Below are positions 9,087-17,900 of a stretch of 41,724 nt of DNA, piece after piece. A program made the translations under genes and the position numbers. Within the stretch, counting starts at the first letter, position 1. Each line of letters opens with the position of its first letter. The notes beneath the pieces are model-generated. The model did no database searches, had not been told where the DNA came from, and saw only the letters and a program-made list of their open reading frames with translations. Source of the DNA: an uncultured Actinomycetes bacterium (GTDB lineage: Bacteria; Chloroflexota; Dormibacteria; CF-121). The stretch covers positions 1-41,724 of the forward strand of contig CAZRMD010000005.1 in the NCBI GenBank assembly GCA_964601135.1, read 5' to 3'.

Positions 9087-10071
9087 GCAACCCCCGCCCT
9101 CCCCCACGGGGGGACGGAGATATCGACCGGTCGATGCCATGAAGGCGCCGCGCTTTACCGGCATCGGGAGCTTCATGCGGCTGCCGCAGGTAAGCGACAT
9201 GACCGGCGTTGACGCCGCGATCGTCGGCATTCCATTCGACACCGGCGTCAGTTATCGCGTCGGCGGTCGCTTTGCGCCGGCCGCGATCCGCGAGGCATCA
9301 CGCTTGCTGCGCCCCTACCACGTCGAACACGAAATCGAGATTTTCGATCACCTGTCCGTAATTGACGCGGGGGATCTGTCAGTCGTTCCCGGAAACATCC
9401 AGGCCACCTATGCCGTCATCGTGGACGGCCTGCGCCCGATCCTCGATGCAGGCGTCATTCCGCTATCGATCGGCGGCGATCATGGCATCACGCTCGGGGA
9501 GCTGCGTGCCGTGGCCAACCGGCATGGGCCGGTCGGGTTGATCGACTTCGACTCGCACACCGACACCTGGGACAGCTACTGGGGCGAGCGTTACACCCAT
9601 GGAACGTGGTGCAAGCGGGCCATCGAGGAAGGCCTGATCGACACTGGCCGCGCGATTCAGCTGGGCATCCGCGGGGCACTCTACGGCTCAGAGGATCGCG
9701 GCGGCGCCCGCGCCCTGGGACTGCAGCTGGTGCCGACCGAGGAATTGCTCACCCAAGGGGTGGACGATGTCATCGCAGACGTCCGGCGGCGGATTGGCAG
9801 CCGCCCGGTCTTCCTGACCTTCGACATCGACTTCATCGACCCTGGGTTTGCCCCTGGAACCGGCACGCCGGAAGTCGGCGGTCCGAGCAGCCGGGACGCG
9901 CTGCGGCTCGTTCGCGGATTGCGCGGCCTGAACTTTGTCGGCTTCGACCTGGTCGAAGTGTTGCCCCAGTACGACTCTGGGGAGGTCACCTCGCTGCTGG
10001 CGGGGACCTTGCTCCACGAATTCCTGGCGCTGCTCGCCCTCTGTCGGCGGGACGGGAAAGCCGAACCCTGA
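9079..10071 (+). CDS. Agmatinase-family ureohydrolase (agmatinase / guanidino-acid hydrolase)
   Basis: Arginase-fold Mn-binding motifs are present: GGDHGITL, DFDSHTDTW, LTFDIDFIDPGFAPGTGTPEVGG. It overlaps the ATPase gene by 8 nt. An alternative start is M at 9139. Confidence 0.85.
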   Translation: MPEQPPPSPTGGRRYRPVDAMKAPRFTGIGSFMRLPQVSDMTGVDAAIVGIPFDTGVSYRVGGRFAPAAIREASRLLRPYHVEHEIEIFDHLSVIDAGDLSVVPGNIQATYAVIVDGLRPILDAGVIPLSIGGDHGITLGELRAVANRHGPVGLIDFDSHTDTWDSYWGERYTHGTWCKRAIEEGLIDTGRAIQLGIRGALYGSEDRGGARALGLQLVPTEELLTQGVDDVIADVRRRIGSRPVFLTFDIDFIDPGFAPGTGTPEVGGPSSRDALRLVRGLRGLNFVGFDLVEVLPQYDSGEVTSLLAGTLLHEFLALLALCRRDGKAEP

Positions 10072-10098
10072 CCACGGCTCCGTCATAATTCGCAAGAC

Positions 10099-11127
10099 GT
10101 GGATCTGACGTCCGCCGCCATCCTCATCATGGGCGTTTGGGTGATTGCGATCGTTGCCGCCGGCCTGGTGCTGGCGCTGCGACCGGGTGGTGTCGGGGTG
10201 CGTTTCAACCCGGCGGCCGACTCCCCGGCAACCGGACAGCGAGACGAAATCCCCCTGGGCGGCCCGGCCGAGGTGCTGGGTAATGTGCGTGGACGAGTCC
10301 GCGCCGTACTGGTCGATCCCAAGACACGACAGCTGGTCGCCATCCGGCTAGCGACCGGGATCGAAGATGAGGACGTCCCGGCCAGCGCGATTCTTGGTGC
10401 GGACGGCCAGACGGTGTGGCTGGCCGATGCCTGGCCCGAGAGCTCGCCCGATGGAAATGATTTGTCGATGGCCGTGCTCCGACAGGGGATGCCCGTCGTG
10501 AGCGCCGATGGCAAACGCCTGGGGCGCGTGCAAGCCGTCGGCGTCGATTCGACGTCACGCGCGGTTCTGTCACTGGTCGTCGATGGCCGCCTGGGTCGGC
10601 GCATCGTGCCGTTCGATCGCGTCACGGAAGCCGGCGCCGATCGGATTATGACCAGCCTGCAGGCTACTGAATCGAGCAGCTTGCACGCGTTTGCCACCGA
10701 CTGGGAAATCCGGCAGGGGATCCTCGCCGCACTCGCAAGCGATCCGGCGATTCGGCCGGTGCAGCGCTCGCTCCGGATCGACGTCACTGATCAGCGGGTG
10801 CGCGTCAGCGGATATGTTGACAATCGCGCGCAGGCCGACCAGGTCGAGCGGGCAGTGCGCGGCGTTCCGGGCGTGCTGCAGCCTGATCTACAACTGATCA
10901 CCGACGACGGGTTGGCGGACGCGGTAGGGGACGCCATCGCGCGTGAGTCATCGACCGCCTCCGCGCGGGTGCGGGTGACCGCACATTCGGGAGTCGTCGA
11001 CATCACCGGCGACGTGCCCGATCGAGTTACGGCCCGTCGCATCGACGCGGTGGCCCGCCAGGTGGCAGGCGTTCAGGCCGTGCACAACATGGTCGCGATT
11101 CGACCGGCGGAGACAGCCGCCTCCTAG
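10099..11127 (+). CDS. Membrane-anchored protein with two PRC-barrel-like and two BON domains
   Basis: There is an N-terminal TM segment. PRC-like segments: VRAVLVDPKTRQLVAIRL and GRVQAVGVDSTSRAVLSLVV. Two BON-like repeats: VRVSGYVDNRAQADQVERAVRGVPGV and VVDITGDVPDRVTARRIDAVARQVAGVQAV. GTG start. Confidence 0.6.
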   Translation: MDLTSAAILIMGVWVIAIVAAGLVLALRPGGVGVRFNPAADSPATGQRDEIPLGGPAEVLGNVRGRVRAVLVDPKTRQLVAIRLATGIEDEDVPASAILGADGQTVWLADAWPESSPDGNDLSMAVLRQGMPVVSADGKRLGRVQAVGVDSTSRAVLSLVVDGRLGRRIVPFDRVTEAGADRIMTSLQATESSSLHAFATDWEIRQGILAALASDPAIRPVQRSLRIDVTDQRVRVSGYVDNRAQADQVERAVRGVPGVLQPDLQLITDDGLADAVGDAIARESSTASARVRVTAHSGVVDITGDVPDRVTARRIDAVARQVAGVQAVHNMVAIRPAETAAS

Positions 11128-11561
11128 GCTTCGGCCTCGCTCAGAATTCGGTGGTCGAAGAGGATTTCGCAACCGCCCTGGCCTAGTTCGATGGTGCCGC
11201 CGACCGCGCAATAGCGTTTGGTCGCCAGTCGGGTCGCCTTGCGCACGAGTGCCTCGTCGAATGCGCCATCGCCCGAGATTTCGTAGAGGAGCCGAATGGT
11301 GGTGAAGGCTTTGGGCCAATCGGCCTGACGGTCGCCCTCGGCCTTGACGGTGAGAGATCGCAACGGCTGCTTCATCTTCCGCAGGAGCGACACCGCCGTG
11401 ATCCCGGTGCAGGCGCAGAGCGCCGCGAGCAGCAGGTCCGCTGGATCCATCCCGGTGTCGGCGCCCAAGGGCGGCGGCTCATCAGCTATGGCGGTGTGCG
11501 ATCGGTCGTCTGATAGCTCGAACCGAAAGCCCTCGCCGGACCAGCGGGCACTCGCCGCCAT
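11124..11561 (-). CDS. OsmC/Ohr family protein
   Basis: The 145-aa ORF has OsmC-like segments (PADLLLAALCACTGITAVSLLRK, RYCAVGGTI). Confidence 0.75.
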   Translation of the reverse strand: MAASARWSGEGFRFELSDDRSHTAIADEPPPLGADTGMDPADLLLAALCACTGITAVSLLRKMKQPLRSLTVKAEGDRQADWPKAFTTIRLLYEISGDGAFDEALVRKATRLATKRYCAVGGTIELGQGGCEILFDHRILSEAEA

Positions 11562-11572
11562 CCGAAAAGTTT

Positions 11573-11597
11573 AGGGGCCGGATCTGCTCCGGCCCCT
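11573..11597 (-). terminator. Putative intrinsic terminator downstream of the phosphoesterase gene
   Basis: A perfect 10-bp GC-rich stem (aggggccgga / tccggcccct) has a 5-nt loop. On the minus strand it is followed by AAACTTTTC. Confidence 0.5.
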
Positions 11598-11617
11598 AGC
11601 TGTTCAACGTGCTGCGA

Positions 11618-13261
11618 CTACGGCGATGGTGCCGGGCACGACGTCGGCATCGAGTCAGTTGGCTGCGCTCGCTCGCCGGTACATGGATTGAGGAAGAGCT
11701 TATTTGGCCCGCCTACGGGTCCGCTCCGGGTGAACGTCAGCATGTTCATCAGCGATCCGGCTTTATGATCGAACGAGAAGAGCCCGTTGCGTGCTCCGCT
11801 CAGCCAGTTGTCTTCGATGAAGCGCAGGATCGAGGTTTGATCCGTGACGCTGTGATCGACGAAATTGCTCTTGGCAAAGGGCGAGACGATCAGCAACGGC
11901 TGGCGCGGACCGTAGCCGCAGCGATCCTGGAGACCGCCCATGATGTTTTCAGGCTTGCTTCCGCAGTTTGTCCCAGCCAGCGCGTCAACCGTCGAGTCGT
12001 GTGACTGATTGACGATGGGACCCATCTGATGGTCGTACCAGCCATCGGAGTCGTCGTAGGCGATGACGACGGCCGTGCTGTTCCAGTATGGCGTCTGCTC
12101 GAGCCGATTAATGGTGTTAACCAGGAACACCTGCTCGTCCAGCGGATCGGAATATCCGGCGTGGCCGTCCTGGTAAGCCGGGGCCTTGAGGAAATTGACA
12201 GCCGGCATGTTGTGAGCGTCCACCGCCTGCCAGAACCACTTGAGGTCGTACTGATGGTTGGCGAGGCCGTCATGACCAACTTCGGCAACCGAGGCCGGTG
12301 ACGTATGCGCCGGGTTAGCGGTGGAAGCGTAGTACTGGAACGGTTCGTGATGGGGGATGTAGTCCTTGCTCACGATCCCCGCCATGTTGGCATGGCTCTG
12401 CGCGCAACTGGCGAAGCCACCCTGGAACCAGCCCCATGTGATGCCCTTTTCCCTGAGCATCGTGCCGATGTTTTGCTGGTTGCTGGCATCGGCGGTCGTG
12501 GTATCCCGGCTATTGCAGACATCGCCGAACGGCTGAGGATCCCCGATGACGGTTCGATTCGGGGTCACGGCATTGAATGTCGGGTCCGGGGTAAAGCCGT
12601 GGGTCTGGCCAGAAATCAGGTTCAGCGCACCCGGGGTAGACGGACCGAAGACCGTGTCGTAGGAGTTGTCGCTCATGGCGAAGTTCTGCGCATAGTTCCA
12701 CAGCGCGGTGACCGTATTCCCGTCGTAGTAGCCCATGACGAGCCCCTTGCCATGCCCGTAGTCCGTACAGGGGCGGGTCGTCGGAGGAGGCGGATTGCCG
12801 CGTCCGACCGTCTCAACGAACAGATCCATGAGCCCGTGGTCGAAGGCCCTCTGCTCGTTGGTGTAGCCATGATCCTGGTCGCAGGTCTCAAACTGCGCGC
12901 GTGTCAAGCGGAAGGGCTGCACGGAATTGGGGTTGTTCGGAGCCTGCAATGGAGTGTTGAGCCCGTTGACCGACGGTGTCTCCGCCGTCGCGCTGAAGGG
13001 CTCACCGTCGGTATTCGGGGCGACAGGATAGGTCGCGAAATAGTGGTCGAAGGAGACGTTCTCCTGGAAAATCACCACGAGGTGCTGGATCGGCGTAACA
13101 CCGCCGGTATCCTGCCCCGGTGGCGCGTTGCTGGCCCCGACGACCGACCCGGTTGACAATGCGAGAGCGGCAACGCCGAGCAAGGGCAAACGGATACGAA
13201 GACCTGTTCGCACGTCCTCCTCCTTCCAAAACGAACGGGCTGACTTCTTGGGCCAGAGCAC
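11618..13261 (-). CDS. Secreted phosphoesterase family protein (AcpA / non-hemolytic phospholipase C family)
   Basis: A signal peptide is followed by IQHLVVIFQENVSFDHYFATYP and later by the YDDSDGWYDH and DQTSILRFIEDNW segments typical of the phosphoesterase (PF04185-type) family. Confidence 0.8.
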   Translation of the reverse strand: MLWPKKSARSFWKEEDVRTGLRIRLPLLGVAALALSTGSVVGASNAPPGQDTGGVTPIQHLVVIFQENVSFDHYFATYPVAPNTDGEPFSATAETPSVNGLNTPLQAPNNPNSVQPFRLTRAQFETCDQDHGYTNEQRAFDHGLMDLFVETVGRGNPPPPTTRPCTDYGHGKGLVMGYYDGNTVTALWNYAQNFAMSDNSYDTVFGPSTPGALNLISGQTHGFTPDPTFNAVTPNRTVIGDPQPFGDVCNSRDTTTADASNQQNIGTMLREKGITWGWFQGGFASCAQSHANMAGIVSKDYIPHHEPFQYYASTANPAHTSPASVAEVGHDGLANHQYDLKWFWQAVDAHNMPAVNFLKAPAYQDGHAGYSDPLDEQVFLVNTINRLEQTPYWNSTAVVIAYDDSDGWYDHQMGPIVNQSHDSTVDALAGTNCGSKPENIMGGLQDRCGYGPRQPLLIVSPFAKSNFVDHSVTDQTSILRFIEDNWLSGARNGLFSFDHKAGSLMNMLTFTRSGPVGGPNKLFLNPCTGERAQPTDSMPTSCPAPSP

Positions 13262-13379
13262 GGGGTGGTCCGGCCTCCCGCTCCCTTATACGCGATTACG
13301 TGGAAGAAATGAAGAAGATCTGGTTAAGGGATGACCGGGACGGGCTGCTATCAGGAAGTCTCCGCCGGGATGCCGCGAA

Positions 13380-14441
13380 TTAGTACCAGGCCGGGGCAGA
13401 GGTCGCAGTGAGATCGACGCCCTGGGTTACCTGGACCGGCGTCGGTTGCGGCGTCGGGAAGACGACGGCGGCGGGCGAGGCCCCAGCGGCCACGGCTGAG
13501 GGCGCAGTGGGAAGCGCCAGGTACCACAACTGGAAATGGCCGGTGGCACCCACGGGCGCAAAGTAGGCGAGGGCTTGCCCATCGGGCTCCCAGGTGGGCT
13601 CCGCATAAAGGCCACCGTCGAGCAGGATGCGCGCCGGGCCCAAAGAACTGCCATCGAAGGGCGCAAGCTCCAGGCGCGTGGTTTGGTTGCCCGCCCGGCA
13701 GATCATCGCCAGCTGGGTGCCGTCTGGTGAAAGCGAGGGTTGGCTGCAGTCGTCGGCCGGGTTGGTGAGCGGCTTGCCAATGGCCCCCGGGCGGCTCTGC
13801 AGGAAGATCGTCGAGTGGACCACCGTCGACGGGTCGATCGAGTGAGAAACATAGAGGATGCCGGTGGACGAGATCGGCACAGGATTCGTATCGCCACCAG
13901 TGTTGTGGTTGCCCTGCGTCCGCAGCCTCGCCTGCCACTGGCCGCCGTTCAACGGCATGCTCCAGACGGAGAAGTCAACGGTGTAACCGAACTTCGGGCT
14001 GTCGTAGCTGTAGACGACCGTCGAGCCATCGGGGGTCACCCGCGGGTAGAAGGCCCAGTGGTTGCCGTCGATGATCCGTGAACCATCATTGGTCAGCCGC
14101 TTGATCATGTTGCCGTTGACGTCGAGGAGATACAGGTCGCTGGCGAAGACGTTGTGGTTGACGGCCACGAGCTTTGTGTGATCAGCCGTCAACGCCGGCT
14201 GTGACCAGTCGCCCGCGGGTCCGATCTCGCTGAAGCCCCCGTCTTTCAGTTTGAAGAGGCGCCCCGCCTGAACCACGAACATCGTCCCCGGCAGGACGAA
14301 CCTCGGCTTGGTCGAGGTCGGCAGCTGTGCCTGCTCTTTGACCACCTTGCTCTTCAGCGTCCCCAGGTACAGGTAAACACCCGAGCCAAATGCCAGCATC
14401 AGCGGCACAAACAAAATGGCGGCCAAGCGGCGAAGGATCAC
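13380..14441 (-). CDS. Membrane-anchored TolB-like beta-propeller (WD40-like repeat) protein
   Basis: An N-terminal TM segment is followed by repeated S-PDG-type propeller blades (TPDGSTVVYS, SPDGTQLAMI, EPDGQALAYF). The start is placed at the GTG at 14441, which forms a GTGA overlap with the LCP gene stop. Confidence 0.65.
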   Translation of the reverse strand: MILRRLAAILFVPLMLAFGSGVYLYLGTLKSKVVKEQAQLPTSTKPRFVLPGTMFVVQAGRLFKLKDGGFSEIGPAGDWSQPALTADHTKLVAVNHNVFASDLYLLDVNGNMIKRLTNDGSRIIDGNHWAFYPRVTPDGSTVVYSYDSPKFGYTVDFSVWSMPLNGGQWQARLRTQGNHNTGGDTNPVPISSTGILYVSHSIDPSTVVHSTIFLQSRPGAIGKPLTNPADDCSQPSLSPDGTQLAMICRAGNQTTRLELAPFDGSSLGPARILLDGGLYAEPTWEPDGQALAYFAPVGATGHFQLWYLALPTAPSAVAAGASPAAVVFPTPQPTPVQVTQGVDLTATSAPAWY

Positions 14442-15451
14442 GGGAAGTTCTCCTGGGTCACGGCCAGAATTTGCGACCACCGCGGAAACACCACGCTTTG
14501 CGACCCCACCCAGCCGTAGTCCGTGTAGAGCCCGGTGTAGAGAACGATCTGCTTGACGTTCGCGGGGTCGAAGGCGTCAGCGAGGCTCAAGAGACTGCGA
14601 ACGCGATCCAGGTGCATGCTGGTTTGGAACTCGCCCTTCATGGCGTTGACGATGTCGGGCAGGTCGGCGGCGTTCAGCGTGCTCGCCTTTGCCTTGAGGG
14701 CGAGGAGCACCTGCTGCTGGCGAGCCGATCGCCCGAAGTCGCCGTTGATGTCGTCGTGGCGCGAGCGAACGTATTGCATCGCGTGCATGCCGTCCAGGTG
14801 CTGCGGACCCGGTAGCACCGCCACCCGCTCGTAGCCATAGGGATTCTTGACGTCGATGTCGTTCGGATAGAAGTCATCGAGGACAGGATTGGTGACGTTG
14901 ACGTCGACGCCACCGAGCCGGTCGATCAGCTTGATCAATCCCTTGAGCCCGATCCAGGCGTACTCGTCAACATGGACGTGGAAGTTGCGCTGCACGGTGG
15001 CGATGGCGGCGGCCGCACCTCCGTACGAGTAGGCGCCGTCGATCTTGCCACTGCCGCCGGTTGATAGCGGCACCCACAGATCGCGTGGGATGGACTCCAT
15101 GGTGACGTGCTTGCTCGAGGGATCGACGCGCACCAGGATCATCGACTGGGTCAGCACGTGATGGGGATCGAATTTGAGGTCGTCGTCGGACCCGAGCAGG
15201 AGCACGGTGAACGGCGCGCCAGCAGCAGCGCTGCTGGCGGCAGCCGGCTTGGTGTCGGAACTCGAGCTGGGTGGCGGAATGATCACCGTCTGCCCGGTCT
15301 GTCCGAGACCGGCGACGACGACCGGAAAGAAGTAGGCGGCCGCCCCCGCCGTCCCTGACAGCAGCAGGCAGAACAGGGTGAGGACGATGAGGCGCACAGG
15401 ATGCAAACGGGAGGCGCGCCGGCGCCTTGCAGGCGGTTGTCCAGCCATCAC
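14438..15451 (-). CDS. LytR-CpsA-Psr (LCP) family cell-envelope glycopolymer ligase
   Basis: An N-terminal TM segment is followed by FTVLLLGSDD, TQSMILVRVDP, IPRDLWV and YVRSRH segments typical of LCP proteins. Confidence 0.85.
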   Translation of the reverse strand: MMAGQPPARRRRASRLHPVRLIVLTLFCLLLSGTAGAAAYFFPVVVAGLGQTGQTVIIPPPSSSSDTKPAAASSAAAGAPFTVLLLGSDDDLKFDPHHVLTQSMILVRVDPSSKHVTMESIPRDLWVPLSTGGSGKIDGAYSYGGAAAAIATVQRNFHVHVDEYAWIGLKGLIKLIDRLGGVDVNVTNPVLDDFYPNDIDVKNPYGYERVAVLPGPQHLDGMHAMQYVRSRHDDINGDFGRSARQQQVLLALKAKASTLNAADLPDIVNAMKGEFQTSMHLDRVRSLLSLADAFDPANVKQIVLYTGLYTDYGWVGSQSVVFPRWSQILAVTQENFP

Positions 15452-15602
15452 TCGGTGCTCAGAATCATGCGCTATCTGTCATGGGATTTTGATAAGAGAC
15501 GAACTCCAGTGGTCACGAGCCCTTCACACGAGGAACGCGAGAACGGCGCGAAAAGTTCCCATGCTGCTACCAGCGCTGTCCCGATTGGTGAAGCCGGGGG
15601 TC

Positions 15603-16682
15603 TCAGGGTTGGTGAATCAGCGAGCTCTTGAGGGCGGCCATCAACCGCGCGTTCTCTTCCGGGCGGCGGACCGTAATGCGAATGTAGTCGGCAAGCACGG
15701 AGGTGGCAGGAAAGGTGCGGACGACCAGGCCCTGGCGCAGCAAGAGGGATGCTGCCTCTTTCCCGGCCTTTACCAGCAAGAAGTTCGCCGCCGACTCGCG
15801 TACCTCGAGGCCCAGGGCAGCGAGCTCAGCCTGGAGCCCGTCACGCTCCGTCCTGATGCGGCGGACCCGATCACGCATGCCGTTGGGGTCGGCCACCGCC
15901 TGCACGGCCAGCGCCGCCGACAGGCCGCTGACGCTTCCCGGCGGCCGGACCTTCCGGAGCACGGCGCTGATGGCGGGTCCGGCCAGCGCGTAGCCGACCC
16001 GGACGCCGGCCAGGCCGAAGCCCTTGCTCAGGGTTCGGACCACGACGACGTTGGGATGGTCGTCGATCAGCGGCAGCGCCGTGACGCCGGAGATCTCGAA
16101 ATAGGCCTCGTCGACCACGACCACGCCGCCGGCCCACCGAGCGAGCTCTTCAATAAACTCGAACGGCAGGAGCTCGCCAGTCGGATTGTTCGGGTTGCTG
16201 AGCCAGGTGAGGCTGGCGCGACCGGCATGTTCGAGAAACGCCTTGCGGTCGAGCCGAAGATCGGCAGCGGGGACAGCGTCGATGGAGCCGCCGGCCATCT
16301 CGGTCAGTACGGTGAACATCGGATAGGTCGGCGTCGAGATCACCACCGTGGCCGAATCGCCGATGTAGGAGCGGGCGACCATGTCGAGCACCTCGTCCGC
16401 CCCGGCCCCAACCGTGATCCGATCGATTGGCACGTCGGTGTACTGGGCGATAGCCTCGGTCAGCGCCCCGTAGGACGTGTCCGGGTATTCGTTCAGTGGC
16501 GTTGGCGGCAGCTGGTCGAGCGAGGCGCCGGGCCAGGGGAACGTATTCGTGTCGAAGCGGATCACCTGGTCCTCCGGCACCCCCGCCTGGCGAGCGATCG
16601 CGGCGCTGGGCGGCTCCCACTCGTAAGGACGCATGCGCCGAATTGCCTGGCGCGGCTCGGGAGCAGGAGGATCGGGCGCCAT
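15603..16682 (-). CDS. hisC: Histidinol-phosphate aminotransferase
   Basis: The 359-aa class-II aminotransferase has NPNNPTG, VVVDEAY and RTLSKGFGLAG(V)R (PLP lysine) motifs. Confidence 0.85.
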   Translation of the reverse strand: MAPDPPAPEPRQAIRRMRPYEWEPPSAAIARQAGVPEDQVIRFDTNTFPWPGASLDQLPPTPLNEYPDTSYGALTEAIAQYTDVPIDRITVGAGADEVLDMVARSYIGDSATVVISTPTYPMFTVLTEMAGGSIDAVPAADLRLDRKAFLEHAGRASLTWLSNPNNPTGELLPFEFIEELARWAGGVVVVDEAYFEISGVTALPLIDDHPNVVVVRTLSKGFGLAGVRVGYALAGPAISAVLRKVRPPGSVSGLSAALAVQAVADPNGMRDRVRRIRTERDGLQAELAALGLEVRESAANFLLVKAGKEAASLLLRQGLVVRTFPATSVLADYIRITVRRPEENARLMAALKSSLIHQP

Positions 16683-16707
16683 ACCTTACATATATTGGAG
16701 GTCGCCA

Positions 16708-17616
16708 ATGGAGCAGGTTCAGGCCGGCACGGCGTTTCGGCCCGCGGGCAAGGCCACGGCGGCGCTCTTCTCGGTTCTCGTCAACCTGCTGTTGATCGCC
16801 GGCAAGCTGGTCGTCGGCCTGCTTACCGGGAGCGTGGCCATCCTGGCCGATGCCGCTCATTCATTCCTCGATCTTTCCGCCAGCATCTTTGCCTTCGCCG
16901 GGATCCGGGCCGCCGCCAAACCGGCAGATGAAGACCATGCCTGGGGCCATGCCAAGGCGGAGAACATCTCGAGCTTGATTCAGATGTTCCTGCTGGGGGC
17001 CACCTGCATCGCGATCGTCATCGAGTCGGTCCGCCGCCTGGTCGTCGCAGCGCCGGTGCGGGTGGCCTGGTACTCCTTCGGCGTCGTGGGGGCGGCGATC
17101 GTCATCGACATCGTGGTGAGCCGGTACCTGCAGCAGGTGTCACGCGCGCACGGGGGCAGCGCGGCCCTCGAAGCTGACGCCTTGCACTTTTCCTCCGATC
17201 TGTGGGCGTCGATCGCCGTGCTGATCGGACTCACCCTGGTGGCGTTCTTCGGCTTGCGGATCGCGGACCCGTTGGCCGGCATCGCGGTCGCCATCATCAT
17301 CGGGACGACCGCCATCGAACAGGGCCGGCGCACGACCCAGGTGCTGCTGGACGCGATGCCGGATCGCGACACGCTGGCGGCCATCGAAAAGATCCTGGAG
17401 AGCGATCCTCGATTGCACGGCTACCACGCGCTGCGCGCGCGGCAGGCGGGGAAGCGGGTGATGCTCGACGTTTCGGTGCATGTCGACGGCGCCCTGTCCC
17501 TCACGCAGGCGCACGAGGTGGGACACGCCGTCTCGGAGCGGATCCAGCGCGAGCTCCCGATTGTGGCCGACGCGGTGGTGCACGTCGAACCGGTCGACGA
17601 CGCCGCCCACGGCTAG
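16708..17616 (+). CDS. Cation diffusion facilitator (CDF) family metal efflux transporter
   Basis: The ATG at 16708 is preceded by a GGAGG RBS. CDF motifs are present: SVAILADAAHSFLDL, HAWGHAKAE, ALHFSSDLWAS, plus a C-terminal cytoplasmic domain. Confidence 0.85.
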   Translation: MEQVQAGTAFRPAGKATAALFSVLVNLLLIAGKLVVGLLTGSVAILADAAHSFLDLSASIFAFAGIRAAAKPADEDHAWGHAKAENISSLIQMFLLGATCIAIVIESVRRLVVAAPVRVAWYSFGVVGAAIVIDIVVSRYLQQVSRAHGGSAALEADALHFSSDLWASIAVLIGLTLVAFFGLRIADPLAGIAVAIIIGTTAIEQGRRTTQVLLDAMPDRDTLAAIEKILESDPRLHGYHALRARQAGKRVMLDVSVHVDGALSLTQAHEVGHAVSERIQRELPIVADAVVHVEPVDDAAHG

Positions 17617-17626
17617 CGGCGGCGAG

Positions 17627-17803
17627 CTACGTCCCCAGCCCGCCGCTGATGTTGCAGAAGACGTTCTGCACCTGGTTGCCCAGGACGATCAGGACGACGA
17701 TGACCACGACGGCGATCAGGACCAGGATGAGGGCGTATTCGACCATGCCCTGACCGTCCTCGCCGGCCAGGCAATCGAGCAGACGGCGGAAAACTCGGGG
17801 CAC
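17627..17803 (-). CDS. flp: Flp-family type IVb (Tad) prepilin, 58 aa
   Basis: The GTG at 17803 is preceded by a GGAG RBS 8 nt upstream. Sequence: (M)PRVFRRLLDCLAGEDGQGMVEYALILVLIAVVVIVVLIVLGNQVQNVFCNISGGLGT. It has the Flp G/xxxxEY processing motif followed by a hydrophobic helix. The 151-aa track ORF is an upstream over-extension. Confidence 0.8.
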   Translation of the reverse strand: MPRVFRRLLDCLAGEDGQGMVEYALILVLIAVVVIVVLIVLGNQVQNVFCNISGGLGT

Positions 17804-17900
17804 CGTGCGTTCTCCATGTTCTATAACGTTCCGGGCCCAAACGGTCCGCTTGCCTGGACGTGGTCGTTTCCAGCCTGTGACCGCCGGGTATCCTCGGACG

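Noticed and set aside
15378-16931. Long 517-aa plus-strand ORF, with similar long antisense ORFs at 6459-7367, 26523-27929, 33811-35130, 35888-36754 and 40061-41338
   Set aside because: All lie antisense to, or out of frame with, genes that have clear family signatures. Their translations are Arg/Gly/Pro/Ala-rich and low in complexity, as expected for stop-poor alternative frames in GC-rich DNA.
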